From NCBI RefSeq assembly GCF_001194135.2, contig NC_068987.1, positions 50,102,683 through 50,166,682 of the forward strand: a stretch of DNA of 64,000 nucleotides, in the 5' to 3' direction. The translations under genes and the position numbers were made by a program. This DNA comes from Octopus bimaculoides (Eukaryota). Each line of letters starts with the position of its first letter. Position 1 is the stretch's first letter. Below the pieces are notes generated by a model, which searched no databases, had not been told where the DNA came from, and saw only the letters and a program-made list of their open reading frames with translations. This document shows positions 12,004-24,289 of the stretch, piece by piece.

Positions 12004-12785
12004 TATGTGCTGGTGAAAAAGTGCCACACCCTAGTGGTTGAGGGAACCTGTGGGAGAGGTAGACCTAGGAAGACCTGGGATGAGGTGGTGAAGCATGACC
12101 TTCGAACATTGGGCCTCACCAAGGCAATGAGTAGTGACCGAGACCTTTGGAAATATGCAGTGCGTGAGAAGACCCGGCAAGCCAAGTGAGACCATAACCC
12201 GTGGCCTGTGCCGGGGGTGTAACCAGCCCACTTAAACGTACCTTTCCTTCATTGGACACTAAACTCTGCTTGCGAAGACCTGTTGAGGCAAGTGAAATTG
12301 AAATCGAATCAAATTCGCAAATTCGATGACTGGCGCCTGTACCAGTGGAGCGCTAAGAGCACCATCTGAGCATGATCATTGCCAGAGCAGCTGATTGGCT
12401 TCCATGTTGGTGGCATGTAAAAAGCACCCTTTGAGTGTGATTGTTATCAGCATCGCCTTCCTGGCACTGGTGCTGGTTGCACATGAAAAAAAATTTTCGA
12501 GCAAGGTCGTTGCCAGTACCGCTGGACTGACTCCTGTGCAGGTGGCATGTAAAAAACACCATTTAAGCATGGCCATTCCCAGTATCGCCTGACTGGCCCT
12601 CATGCCAGTGGCACGTAAAAGCATCCACTACACTCTCGAAGTGGTTGGCGTTAGGAAGGGTATCCAGCTGTAGAAATTCTGCCAGATCAGATTGGAACCT
12701 GGTGCAGCCATCTGGTTCTCCAGTCCTCAGTCAAATCGTCCAACCCATGCTAGCATGGAAAGCGGACGTTTAACGATGATGATGA
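12004..12785 (+). mobile_element. RTE-clade LINE 3' end (ORF2 C-terminus, 3' UTR with tandem subrepeats, (GAT)n tail)
   Basis: VKKCHTLVVEGTCGRGRPRKTWDEVVKHDLRTLGL..DRDLWKYAV is the RTE C-terminal GRPR..W...D...W motif; ends gcggacgtttaacgatgatgatga. Confidence 0.85.
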
Positions 12786-13247
12786 CAGTGTGGCCTTTAT
12801 ATATGTGTGTGCGCATGTGTGTGTGTAAATGAGTGTATGCTCGTGTCACCTTGTCTTGACATAGTATGACAAATGAATCACTGTAATACAAACTGTCATT
12901 CATTTTCAATATTCTGTGAAAGCATGCCTGGCCATGGGAAACATTACCTTGCTTAGAAACGGGGTTGGCAACAGGAAAGATATCAGAAAGATATCATAGA
13001 AAATCTGCCTCAACAAACACTGTATGTACGTAGTACATACATACATACACACATACATATGCATCTATCAGTCTGTCTATCTTATATATGAGAAAATGAA
13101 TTTGATTCACTGTTCCACTCCTTATTGTGATAGATTCCTTTTCCCTCTACTTACAGTTAGATATTCAAAATACTGAGTTAATTTATTATTTTTCATCATA
13201 TATTTTATATTAATTTTGTGAATTTAGTATCAAGTACGTTTTAGTCA

Positions 13248-13862
13248 GATAGATGAGTGGTTAGTGAGACCTGTACAAGCCATGTACAGGGATGCTACCA
13301 GTAAGGTGAAGATTGGCAATGAGTATAGCAATGAATTCAGTGTACAGGTATGAGTTCACCAACTTTCAGTTCTCAGCCCCGTCTTGTTTATCTTAGTCCT
13401 CCAGACCTTAACAGAGGAGTTCAAGACTGGTTCTCCCTGGGAGTCCTTCTACGCTGATGACCATGTTCTTATAGCTGAATCCCTATGTGACCTAGAGAAG
13501 AAATTTCAGGTGTAGAAGCAAGGCCTGGAATCTAAGGGCCTTTGAATTAATTTAGCGAAAACCAAAGTCCTAGTAAGTAGGAAAACAAATAAATCACAAG
13601 TCCCTGCAGGGAGATGGCCCTGCTTAATATATAAGAAGGATGTTGGTAGAAACTCCATGCGTTGTACCCAATGCAAGCTTTGGACACATAAAAGGTGAAG
13701 CAGTATCACATGAAGGTTAACAAAGAATTTAGTCTTTGTGTGCGGAAGATGTCAAGTACAATAAGCACTAAAAATGCACAGAGAATTGGCTCCCTCAAAT
13801 GCTTGGGGGGATCATTAGAAGTAGTAGATAGCTTCTGTTACTTAGGAGACCAAGTTAGCAGT
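13248..13862 (+). mobile_element. RTE-clade LINE reverse transcriptase fragment (pseudogenised)
   Basis: MYRDATSKV...V*VHQLSVLSPVLFILVLQ...PWESFYADDHVLIAES...LESKGL*INLAKTKV...Cys-rich insert...VDSFCYLGDQVS. Confidence 0.9.
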
Positions 13863-13888
13863 CACTATTTCTTGAAATATGATTACGT

Positions 13889-13936
13889 GATTATGTGATG
13901 TTCATACCATTCTCAGGGCATGAACATCACATAATC
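13889..13936. repeat. Perfect 17-bp inverted repeat, 14-nt spacer
   Basis: GATTATGTGATGTTCAT / ATGAACATCACATAATC. Confidence 0.9.
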
Positions 13937-14239
13937 TAATATCCTCATTTTGTATCCCTTAAATATCTGAAATCTTTTGTTTTAAGTTATTTGAAGTTGA
14001 TCTTTTCACCCTCTATCTCCAACTTTAGAACCAATATAGAAAGCTTCTTTATTTAGTCTTAAGATCTCCCCTTGGATTGGATGTCTAACTATTACAGGTA
14101 ACTCCTCCATACAAGTCCAGTGTGTATTGTAGATTGCTAGATAAACAATGGACTTAAGCAAAGCAGAATTCTATAGCCTGTCCAGAAATTCAGTAAAACA
14201 CCTCCATTGGGTTCAAACTACCAACTTACAAAACTTTAG

Positions 14240-14459
14240 CCTTTTTGTTACCACATTTCTGTTGAAATACATTGTATTTGTTTAAATTAATTTTGAAAAT
14301 AATGGAGAATTTAGTAAAATAACTTTTTGTTATTAAGTTGGAGTTTAGAACATACATTAACATGAAATTTTGATACAAGATTTTAATTTAGATCACTTTA
14401 AAACAGGGATTTTAAATCATGGAACAAGGTTGTTCATGGGTGGGTTGATATCAAACGGG
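14240..14459 (+). mobile_element. piggyBac-like MITE, family M1
   Basis: Ends ttag|CCTTTT ... CGGG|TTAA. Body recurs at ~25296, 28500, 34160, 36423, 41265, 43556 and 46021. Confidence 0.7.
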
Positions 14460-15547
14460 TTAATAATTTAGCTTCTGTTTATTAGGTGATGGGGTGGGGG
14501 GAAAAACACCTCTGGGATCAGTTGCCTTTAAACTGTGTGGATGTGGTTGTGAAACAGATAGACTTGACGAGAGTTCACATGGAGTTTGCTTGTGTGTGTG
14601 CTTTGTTGAATTGGAAGCAAAACGACCAACTAATGTAGGAGATTACAACTTTTACTATGTTTTAACCCCAGGTTAGCTCTGATCAAGGAGTGCTATGATC
14701 TATGGGGAAAAGCATTCTAGCTGTAACTATCTCGTTTTCTGTATCCGTGACCACACCTCAGTATATCCTTGTTTAAGATAGTATGTTGAGATTTGTTCAC
14801 AGTTTCTAGTAGACCAGGTAAGTACAATAGAGTTTCCTTGATTGGTGGTAGTGTTGGTGGTTGTTGTATTTGTGGTACATTGACAGTGGTTTGTGGTGGT
14901 GCTGGTTGTGCCAATGTTGGTGGTAGAGATAATGATGATAATGATGCTTGTGGTGGCAGTGTCAAGTGGGTAGTCATGGTTGTGGTTGAGTTACCACCTG
15001 AAGATTCATCACCTCAGGTCATCTGAAGAATTGTCACCAGAGCAACTTCTTGGAATGATAATTCATTAGACATTGAATACAACTGCACTTGCTTCCACTT
15101 GAGAATTTAGGGTAGTCATAGGAAAATTGCAGCCTGTGGGACTTTCTGAATGATATGCCTAAATGAAAAATTACTTTGAATCATTTTAGTAGTGCAGCCT
15201 ACCTGATGATGAACCATGTCTCAAGTAGCCTGCTTCTTGAAAATGGTTGCTCATGCCTGGTTTTGTGGGTTCTGAGGTTTAGTTGAGTGATGAGAGGACG
15301 TTCCAAAAGATATGGAAATATAGTATCAGTCGTCCATTGTATTGAGTGGATCAGACACGAAATACATACTGCTAGGTGTATGTAATTAACACAAAACTGG
15401 TGGAATTCCAACCAAATTAGCTAATCAAAGTGCTGGTGGGGGGGGAGGGGTGCTCAAGGTATTACCATTTAACTTCAGATTTGTTATAATCGAGCAAATC
15501 TATGATCAAAGGCGTTCAAATTGTGACCACACCATCTTTTTATATAT

Positions 15548-15881
15548 CAGGGGTTCTCAAGCATTTTTTTTTATTTACCCATGGATTACTATTCTATTCT
15601 GGTGGACCCCCATAGTAATTCAATGTTTAAAAACTAGTTTTAAAGAAACTTCTTTCAAAATTCCAATTTTGTTTTTCACACTTTAACTTGTGTAGGTTGG
15701 AGTACGTAAAATGTTAGAGAAAAATTCCTTGCTGTTTCTTGCAATCTAAAGCAAAAGTTTTTCTGGGGCTTTTAAAGTACTATTGTGAATCCCTAATTCA
15801 CTATTTTGTTTTGTACCCCCCCCCCCCCCCAATCTTATATGGACCCGCAAGGGCCATATAGGCCCCGGTTGACAACCGCAG
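15548..15881. mobile_element. hAT(Charlie)-like MITE
   Basis: CAGGGGTTCTCAA ... TTGACAACCGCAG (10/13 inverted match); flanks ttatatat / ttaaatgt are a possible 8-bp TSD. Confidence 0.45.
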
Positions 15882-16649
15882 TTAAATGTCAAAAAGTGCA
15901 GTGCTCAGTGAACCCTTCCAATGTTTTTTTTTTGAAGGGCTAGGATGTGATTTCAGAGAGAGATTTGGTTGCTGTTTCTAAACAGTGAGCAACTGAGTAG
16001 AGGTTCCCCCTTTTGCTGGAGGTGTCATGCCGTAAGGATGATAGAAAGTCGGTTACTTTGAATGTGGGTAGATATATAGATGAGTGGGTAAAATTAGGTT
16101 TACACAAGAGAGACAAAAAAAAAAAAAAATTAAGTGAAACTACTCAACCGAAAATCGAACCTGTATCATAAGATTTGGCCTACTGAACTTACACCAACTC
16201 TTCTATAATCGCAAACATACAGCATGTACCTAATCTTTACCGTTCAATAACGCGTCAGTGCAACTTTGATGACATGCGCGTGTGCATGCATCTGTGCATG
16301 TGTGTGCGCACACACACACATGATACACAGTCATGGCTTCGTATTTTCGCAGATAAAAAAATGAATATAAGTTTCCGGATTTATTAATTTTTGGAGGCGA
16401 GCGTTTACAACCCCAGGGGAGTAAAATTATTATTTACTACTGCGCTTCGAAATCACAACACTGTGGAGTACACCCCCAATTCAGCTGTGTATCGTCTCTA
16501 AGTCAGCCTCTTTGGAGCAGACACCTTTTTGAACAAAAGCATTTCAACCTTGGTCGTCCCATCTTAGTTTCAAGCACGGTGTTTCTGGAACCATACTAAT
16601 CAATATACCTTTAAGCCCACGGGAAACACACTCACCAATAATCAATATG

Positions 16650-16766
16650 CCCACGGGTATATAGCGTAATGGTTAAGAGCGCGGGCTACTAACCCTAAGA
16701 TTCTGAGTTCGATTCCAGGCAGTGACCTGAATAATAATAATAATGATGATGATGATGATGATGATG

Positions 16767-16839
<73 letters not shown>

Positions 16840-16995
16840 CAACATCGAAAAATACCTTAGGAATGAGAACCCAGGTTCGAAATTTCCCCAAGGAAAGCTG
16901 GAGGGTATATCAACCGAAACGTTGTGTTAACAACAAACAAGATGAGGACAAATATCCGTCAAATATAAATAATATAAATAATGTACAGTATACCT
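16650..16995 (+). mobile_element. tRNA-headed SINE-like element: tRNA-like head, (TAA/TGA)n, and a tail with a partial hammerhead motif
   Basis: A box TAGCGTAATGG (16662), anticodon-like loop CTACTAA, B box GAGTTCGATTCC (16705). Tail reads AGCTG-GAGGGTATAT-CAACC-GAAA-CGTT-GTG. Ends at an N-gap. Confidence 0.6.
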
Positions 16996-17175
16996 NNNNN
17001 NNNNNNNNNNNNNNNNNNNNNNNNNNNNNNNNNNNNNNNNNNNNNNNNNNNNNNNNNNNNNNNNNNNNNNNNNNNNNNNNNNNNNNNNNNNNNNNNNNNN
17101 NNNNNNNNNNNNNNNNNNNNNNNNNNNNNNNNNNNNNNNNNNNNNNNNNNNNNNNNNNNNNNNNNNNNNNNNNNN

Positions 17176-17188
17176 GCTCTTCCGATCT
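17176..17188 (+). other. Illumina adapter remnant (assembly artefact)
   Basis: GCTCTTCCGATCT immediately after the N-gap; reverse complement is AGATCGGAAGAGC. Confidence 0.9.
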
Positions 17189-17445
17189 ATATATATACAC
17201 ATACATGGTGATTCGGGTTAAAAAGAGTGGGTGGCTGAGACAAATAAGTCCCCGTGTGTATGTACAAAGTGTATTTAGATATAAATACATAGCATAAAAT
17301 GTATATACAAATACGTGTTTTAGACTCATACTTGTATACAATTCGCAAAGAAGCAACAAGCCGCGTATGTTCAGTGTAACTTCGATTATTGATGCGCTCA
17401 AAATGAGATGCTGGGACATGTTAGGAGAACTTTGAATAAATATAC

Positions 17446-17584
17446 GTTTCACTTCAAGTGAACTAGAGCAACGCGAAATAAAGTATACTGCTCAAGAACA
17501 CAATACACAGCCCGGTCTGGAATTGAACTCATAACCTCACAATCGTAAGCCCGACGCTCTAACCACTGAGCCATACATCCTCAC
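17446..17584 (-). mobile_element. tRNA(Arg-like)-headed CORE-like SINE, family C, partial
   Basis: Matches the copy at 50239-50441; TTACGAT loop and GAGTTCAATTCC B box on the minus strand. Confidence 0.75.
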
Positions 17585-17715
17585 ACACACTCACACACAC
17601 ACACACACACACACTGAGTCGTTGAAGAGGTCACAAGATGTGTTACCAGAGATTACAAATAAAGGACGTTAATAATAATAATAATAATAAGAAGAAGAAG
17701 AAGAAGGAGTATATA

Positions 17716-17886
17716 GTGTATGTGGTTATTTGGTAAAAAATGACTATCCCGAAATATATATGGCTCCGGGTTCAGTCGCACTGCGTGACACCTTGGGCTA
17801 GTGTCTTCTACTATAGCCTCGAGCCAACCAAAGCCTTGTGAGTGGATTTGGTAGACGGAAACTGAAAGAAGCCCGCCGTATATATA

Positions 17887-17965
<79 letters not shown>

Positions 17966-18187
17966 GTGTGTGTATATGTTTGTGTGTCTGTGTTTGTCCC
18001 CACCAACATCGCTTGACAACCGATGCTGGTGTGTTAACGTCTCCGTAACTTAGCGGTTCGGCAAAACAGACCGAGAGAATAACTACTAGGCTTACAAGGA
18101 ATAAGTCCTGGGGTCGATTTGCTCGACTAAAGGCGATGCTCCAGCATGGCTACAGTCAAATGACTGAAACAAGTAAAAGAGTAAAGA

Positions 18188-18188
<1 letters not shown>
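17716..18188 (+). mobile_element. SINE family B, near full length, CpG-rich
   Basis: Head (ggctccgggttcagtc), internal (TA)n(TATG)n, tail ggggtcgatttgctcgactaaaggcgatgctccagcatggc. Confidence 0.9.
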
Positions 18189-18249
<61 letters not shown>

Positions 18250-18280
18250 CTGTGTGTGTGCGCACACATACATAATATGT

Positions 18281-18317
<37 letters not shown>

Positions 18318-18452
18318 CACATAATACGCACATATATATATACATACACACACACACATATATATATATACATATATATGCATAATATATACATACATAT
18401 ATGTACATACAGATATACGTACATATATATACATACACATTTATAAACATTT

Positions 18453-18648
18453 TTTTCTTTTATTTGTTTCAGTCATTTGACTGCGGCCATGCTGGAGCAC
18501 CGCCTTTAGTCGAGCAAATCGACCCCAGGACTTATTCTTTGTAAGCCTAGTACTTATTCTATCGGTCTGTTTTGTCGAACCGCTAAGTGACGGGGATGTA
18601 AACACACCAGCATCGGTTGTCAAGTGATGTTGGGGGGGGGGACAAACA

Positions 18649-18720
<72 letters not shown>

Positions 18721-18856
18721 CAGTTCTTCTTTCAGTTTCCGTCTACCAAATCCATTCACAAGGTTTGGTCGGCCTGAGGCTATAGTAGAAGACACTTGCC
18801 ACGCAGTGGGACTGAACCCAGAACCATGTGGTTGATAGGCAAGCTACTTACCACAC
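18453..18856 (-). mobile_element. SINE family B, near full length, inverted relative to 17716-18188
   Basis: Reverse complement aligns along its length to the preceding copy. Confidence 0.9.
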
Positions 18857-18866
18857 ATTTATACAC

Positions 18867-18901
<35 letters not shown>

Positions 18902-19139
18902 CATATATACACATATATACAGATATATATATATATATATATATACATACATATATACATAAATATACATATATACGCGCGCGCACGCGCACACACATAT
19001 ATATGCATATTTGGTGAACAAAATACTTGTTTAATTCTTCAACTATCATCAATCAACAAAATGAAGACCTACTTAACTTTTAGTGTTCACTTCATCACGT
19101 GAATAGTCACATCACTCTCTCTCTTTTTTATGACTGTTA

Positions 19140-19629
19140 AGTTTCCTGACCGCCCACACACACACATACAAAAACAAAAAAGAAGCTAGCTAAGGCATTC
19201 CCCGCTCTCACTTGGGTCGACTAACCCAGCAGCTGTGTGTGTGAAAACGAGCACCTTGTTCTGTATGTGCAGACCAGCCACAACGAGGCTGGGTGTTCAG
19301 CAATCAACAGATTGCTTGTCTTTCTCTTGCTTTGCTCAGTCTCTCTCATTTACTGACACTTAATTAAAGTGGTCAGTCGAGTTTTTATATACTTCTAATT
19401 ACACCTATTTCTTTAAATAAGTTAACTACTTGAATATAAAGTACCAGTACATCACTTTCACTGCCGGATCGGACTTTAATTATTACTGAGATTACCTTTA
19501 GAAGTTTACCCTACAACCATTAAGTAATAGTAAACCAAAAACAAACAATCCAAACACAGCTGGACAAAAATAAAACAAAATATACATTTAAAGACTGGAG
19601 AGAAAAAGTTACAACTCTCTTTCCCCAAA
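19140..19629 (+). promoter_or_regulatory. Putative vinculin core promoter and 5' UTR
   Basis: Non-repetitive and CpG-retaining; Inr-like TCAGTC at 19336 and 19373; no ATG between 19268 and 19629; CAAA-ATG context. Confidence 0.55.
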
Positions 19630-19686
19630 ATGCCGGTCTTTCATACAAAGACCATCGAAGGAATTCTTGAGCCGGTTGCTCAGCAG
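19630..19686 (+). CDS. VCL: Vinculin, first coding exon (19 codons, phase-0 donor)
   Basis: Translates to MPVFHTKTIEGILEPVAQQ, matching the conserved vinculin N-terminus MPVFHT(R/K)TIESILEPVAQQ; followed by CAG|GTAAGT. Confidence 0.96.
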
Positions 19687-20704
19687 GTAAGTTTGGCTTG
19701 GAATTAAACTTTTATTTTCCTTGATAATTTTTTCTCTTTGGCATTATGCGTTCCCCCATCACGTTTACTTTGACAGATTGATTACACATCAATAATACGG
19801 TTGTGGGAACGTTACTTATTGTGTAAATTTCTTTGGGTCCCATTATAGTACACACATGCATATAACAAGTACACACCTTTGTTCCTGGGTCCCACTGCCG
19901 TATACACACACACACATACATATATATATTTATTTATTTTCAAGTCAAATTATACATAAAAACGATTTAATATGAAACTGAACGATTACTCAATACTTTT
20001 TTTAGTAGAGTACATGTTTATTAAACTTTTACGAGGAAAATGTTGGTAGTGACTTCGAAGTTTCGGCTTGTTCGCCTTAGACTTTCAATATTCTACCAAA
20101 GCTATGTCCTTGTAACTTTAATTTCTTCGAAAAGTTATCTGCAAGTTTTGTGCTAGCTAATTTCTTTTTATCAATTTGGTTTCGTTATATATGATGACAT
20201 CAATTTTAAACAAACCGATATATTGAAGATGTGTTATAAATTATATATACTTTTAATATGAGTGTGTAATTTGGAATAATTCTGAAACTAAAGGGTATTT
20301 TTTTAAAGTTATTAATACAACCATTATATGCACTCCCGATTTGATATCTCATTCAAACCGACTAGCTTTCTCCTATATGTTTAGTTTTCGGCTTATAAGT
20401 AGTTACTAGTTACTTTGGAATGTTTGAAATATCTACTGTCTAAATGTGATGACTTTTTGGGCTGCAAAAAAAAAAAAAAATACCGTTTTGTTTTCAAGCT
20501 CCTGATAAATACACACATAATGATGTTAGAATAGTAACCTGAACGTCTGTTTGTGTATACGTATGTATGTGTATATAATTCGTATGATGGATATAAGTGC
20601 TTCAATATGCATATACTTTACCAATGTTAAAGAACCGTACCTGAGGCTCTTTTCAATGTCACATCTTCAGACACTCGTCTGCTGTTGTGTTTTGGGCGGT
20701 GGTG

Positions 20705-20739
<35 letters not shown>

Positions 20740-21915
20740 CTACACGTTGACACTTGTGTAGGCATGACTTTACTTTTTAGTAAAATTTACGAATTTCTCA
20801 TCTTATAAAATGGTTGTTTATTCGAGATATTTGAAGCCAATGAGGGAGCCTGCGTGTGGTTGCTTGGCGTGCATGAAATAGCCATGAAATCTTTAAATCA
20901 CTCGTCTTAAAAATACATGAAAGACGCATTGGATACTCTATAATCTTAGGTACCTCTAAAAAGATGGGACGGCCATGACTGGAATCGTAAGTCTGCTTGA
21001 TCAGGGTTGACTTGTGACTAAACAAAAACAAATGATAAGAATAGTTAGAATAAATTTATTTGTAAAAATAACATCGTACCTCGGATAATCTAATTACTTT
21101 TATACATATCTTATCTCTCTCTCCCCCCTCTCTCTAAACTATGGAACGTATATATGTATATATATATATATATATATATAAGCTATATATATATAAGCTA
21201 TATATGACCGGCCATGGATTTATGTGTGTGTATGTAAAAACTATAGTATGTATGCATATTTTGGTGTATATATTACTTTCTCCTCTGCCATTCCCTTAAT
21301 AGGATCCGCCTTCTCTTGACTAAAAAAAACAAACCAAAAAACTGGGATGTTGTCGGAGTTTTAAGTTGGTTCTTTCACTCGATTCCAACTTACTCGTTGT
21401 TATCATTCATCACCAGGATTGCCATCTAGACTCTAGAAATTCATTGATGTGTTTCTGAACAATGAAACACCCCCACTATCATCTCATTGTGGTCTCTGTT
21501 GTAGTTCGTAATCCGCTTGATTTGAGCAGAGAGAATCAAACAGCGTGTGTACGGAATGACTCACAAAAACATAAGAAAGAGGATAGCTATCAGGATCAAT
21601 AAATAGAATGGCTATCACGCATAGATTTTTGTTGTTACTGTTGTGAGTTTATTTATTTTGTTGCTTTTCATATTGTTTTTCTTTAGCAATATTTTGATGT
21701 GGTCATTGTAAACAGTCATCTGTGACATTGTGCCTGTTGACGTTTTTTTTTTTTTTTTACCTTGTTTATCATTGCCGTTGGCATCGTTTGGTGTGACAAA
21801 CTAAATGAAAGTTTGCATGTGATGAGCTTGCTTAGCAAGCTAGCTAAATAGACAGACAGATGAACGAATAGTTACTTTAAATTATCCAGTATAAAAGTTT
21901 ACAATTGATGGCATG

Positions 21916-21957
<42 letters not shown>

Positions 21958-22581
21958 CTTCCTTCCGTTCCCCAGTAAAAGAGTAAAAGTATACATATAT
22001 ATATCTGTGCAAAATTTCATTTCAAACCAGATCAAAGTTAACGTAAATAAACTACGTATTATATTCAATACTTGTATACAACATCGTAAAAAAAAATAAA
22101 ACATAGATAGCTATTTATGACGAGCTAATGAGATCACCTATTTACACCTTCATTACTTGTTGTTTAGTTCCGATTTGAACAGATCCAGCATTAAAGACGT
22201 TCCAGCCATGACGACATCGTCTTTTCTCTTGAAAAATATACCTTGAGCGACATTAAGTGTTATTCTTTTTTAAGACTGTAGGATCTGATTTGAGAAAGAT
22301 TTAGCTGTTATTTCTAGTAGGTCGAGTCACTGCGTAAAATCCCCGTGTCGTCGACCCTCTTCCTTTTGTAAGCTCGTTTTCATCAATTTTGTTACATACA
22401 CAAACACCATATAAATATATTGTATACACACACACATACACGTACACAGAAAGAGAAAAAGGGGTTGTGACCTGGGTTGATGGTGACCTTTCGTTGACAG
22501 CTTCCTTTAACTGTCATCAAACTGATTCGACTCTGTCAACATTTAATTTGTCTTGAGATGATAAACACTGATTTCGTATAT

Positions 22582-22615
<34 letters not shown>

Positions 22616-23354
22616 GCCACTTATAACACTGGAATATAATAACCATGTCTTGTTTAGAATCATAATTTTATAGAAAGACACCAGTGCCGTGTACAGTGGA
22701 TTTCAGTCACAGCTAATTATCAGAGGCCTTGTTACTATTAAAAAGAAACCCAAAACAATTTAATACATATTATTACGGAAAATGCAATTCTCTGTCGTAA
22801 GAGGTAGGTGTATCTGTGTGTATTTATATACGTATGTGAAATAAAGCTGCTACTAAATGAAAACAGTCTTCTGCATTCAGTGAGTTTTGTCTTATTTAGC
22901 CATACTTATTCTTACGTTTATCAACCGGGCCCTCACCCAGCTTAGCTGTCCGCATTAGTGGTTGTCTTGTTGCTTTGGCTTAGGTCAGTCCTCGGTCTAC
23001 TGTAGGATTTTTATATATAGTACCAAGGACCCACCTAGTTGGCGATCCTCACCAGTGGTTCTCTGTTTATCGTTGTTATTTTAGCTTAGGTCAGTCATCC
23101 TTTATTCTACAAACTTCTGATGAAATGCATTCCAGCTCTGACTAAGTCATATTTTATCTTGATATGTAAGAAAACTTCAGGGCGGTGATTGGGCAGGATT
23201 GTTAGAACATCGGTTTCCACTCCCTGTGTTTTGAGTCTAAATCCTGCTGAGGTCAACTTTGCCTTCCTTCTCCTGTGGGTTGATAGAATAAAGTACCAAT
23301 CAAGTGTTAGGGTTGATGGTACAGACTAACTCTCTCTCTCTCTCTCTCTTTCTT

Positions 23355-23460
<106 letters not shown>

Positions 23461-24098
23461 ATTTCACTCCTTGTGCCTGTACTAAAAGCATAGCCAGGAC
23501 TCCATTATCCAAGGTGTCTTTAAAAAAATACATTTTAAAAAATCTTTTGAACACAGTTGGATGGCATGAAAGATTTGTCTGCTATTGATAGCAAGTGGAG
23601 TGACCGCGTAAAAAGCGCTTCTTATTGGGTTGATGTTTGCCTTGTCTTAATAAACATGCATAGTTGTTTAACACTCCAGATTAACCAGCACAGAGCAAAC
23701 TTTTGACCAAAAGTAATACAGCCTTTGCAATCCTGTCATTTTAGTGGTTAAAAAAAAACAGGGAAGGTATGATTTGTTGGAGTTTGGCTGCTATGTCTAG
23801 CAGGATCATGTAGAAACTCTCTCACTAGCTCTTAATTATTTGGAATTCCAGAGTAAAATTGCATGCTGTATACAATGTTGGTTCAAGGTTCTGGATTTAA
23901 ATCATGTGTGTGTATATATATATATATATATATTTACATCAATATATATATACGACAAATTACCTGCCTCTGGATACCTTCTAACAAAGACTGTACCCAC
24001 ACAGGTAATCTCCAGGAGCGCCTTCGGATTTAATTATCCCTTAGTTGCTTAAACACTTCTAGCCTATCACTTGAATGTTTAAACAATCCTAACTTATA

Positions 24099-24138
<40 letters not shown>

Positions 24139-24289
24139 GAGCATACGTTATACATGTATGTATATTGCTATAATTGTCTTTTTAAAAAAATAAATAGACA
24201 TAATATAATGTCTATAAGTTGACGAATACCAACTCTTGATCCCTTCCATTTTCTTATTGCTATATATATATATATTATATATATATATA

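Noticed and set aside
16655-16728. Functional tRNA gene
   Set aside because: Acceptor stem does not pair, the ACT anticodon is atypical, and it is followed by a repeat body; treated as a SINE head
19212-19292. Two small hairpins (tgggt/accca, ccagcc/ggctgg) near the vinculin promoter
   Set aside because: 5-6 bp stems are expected by chance
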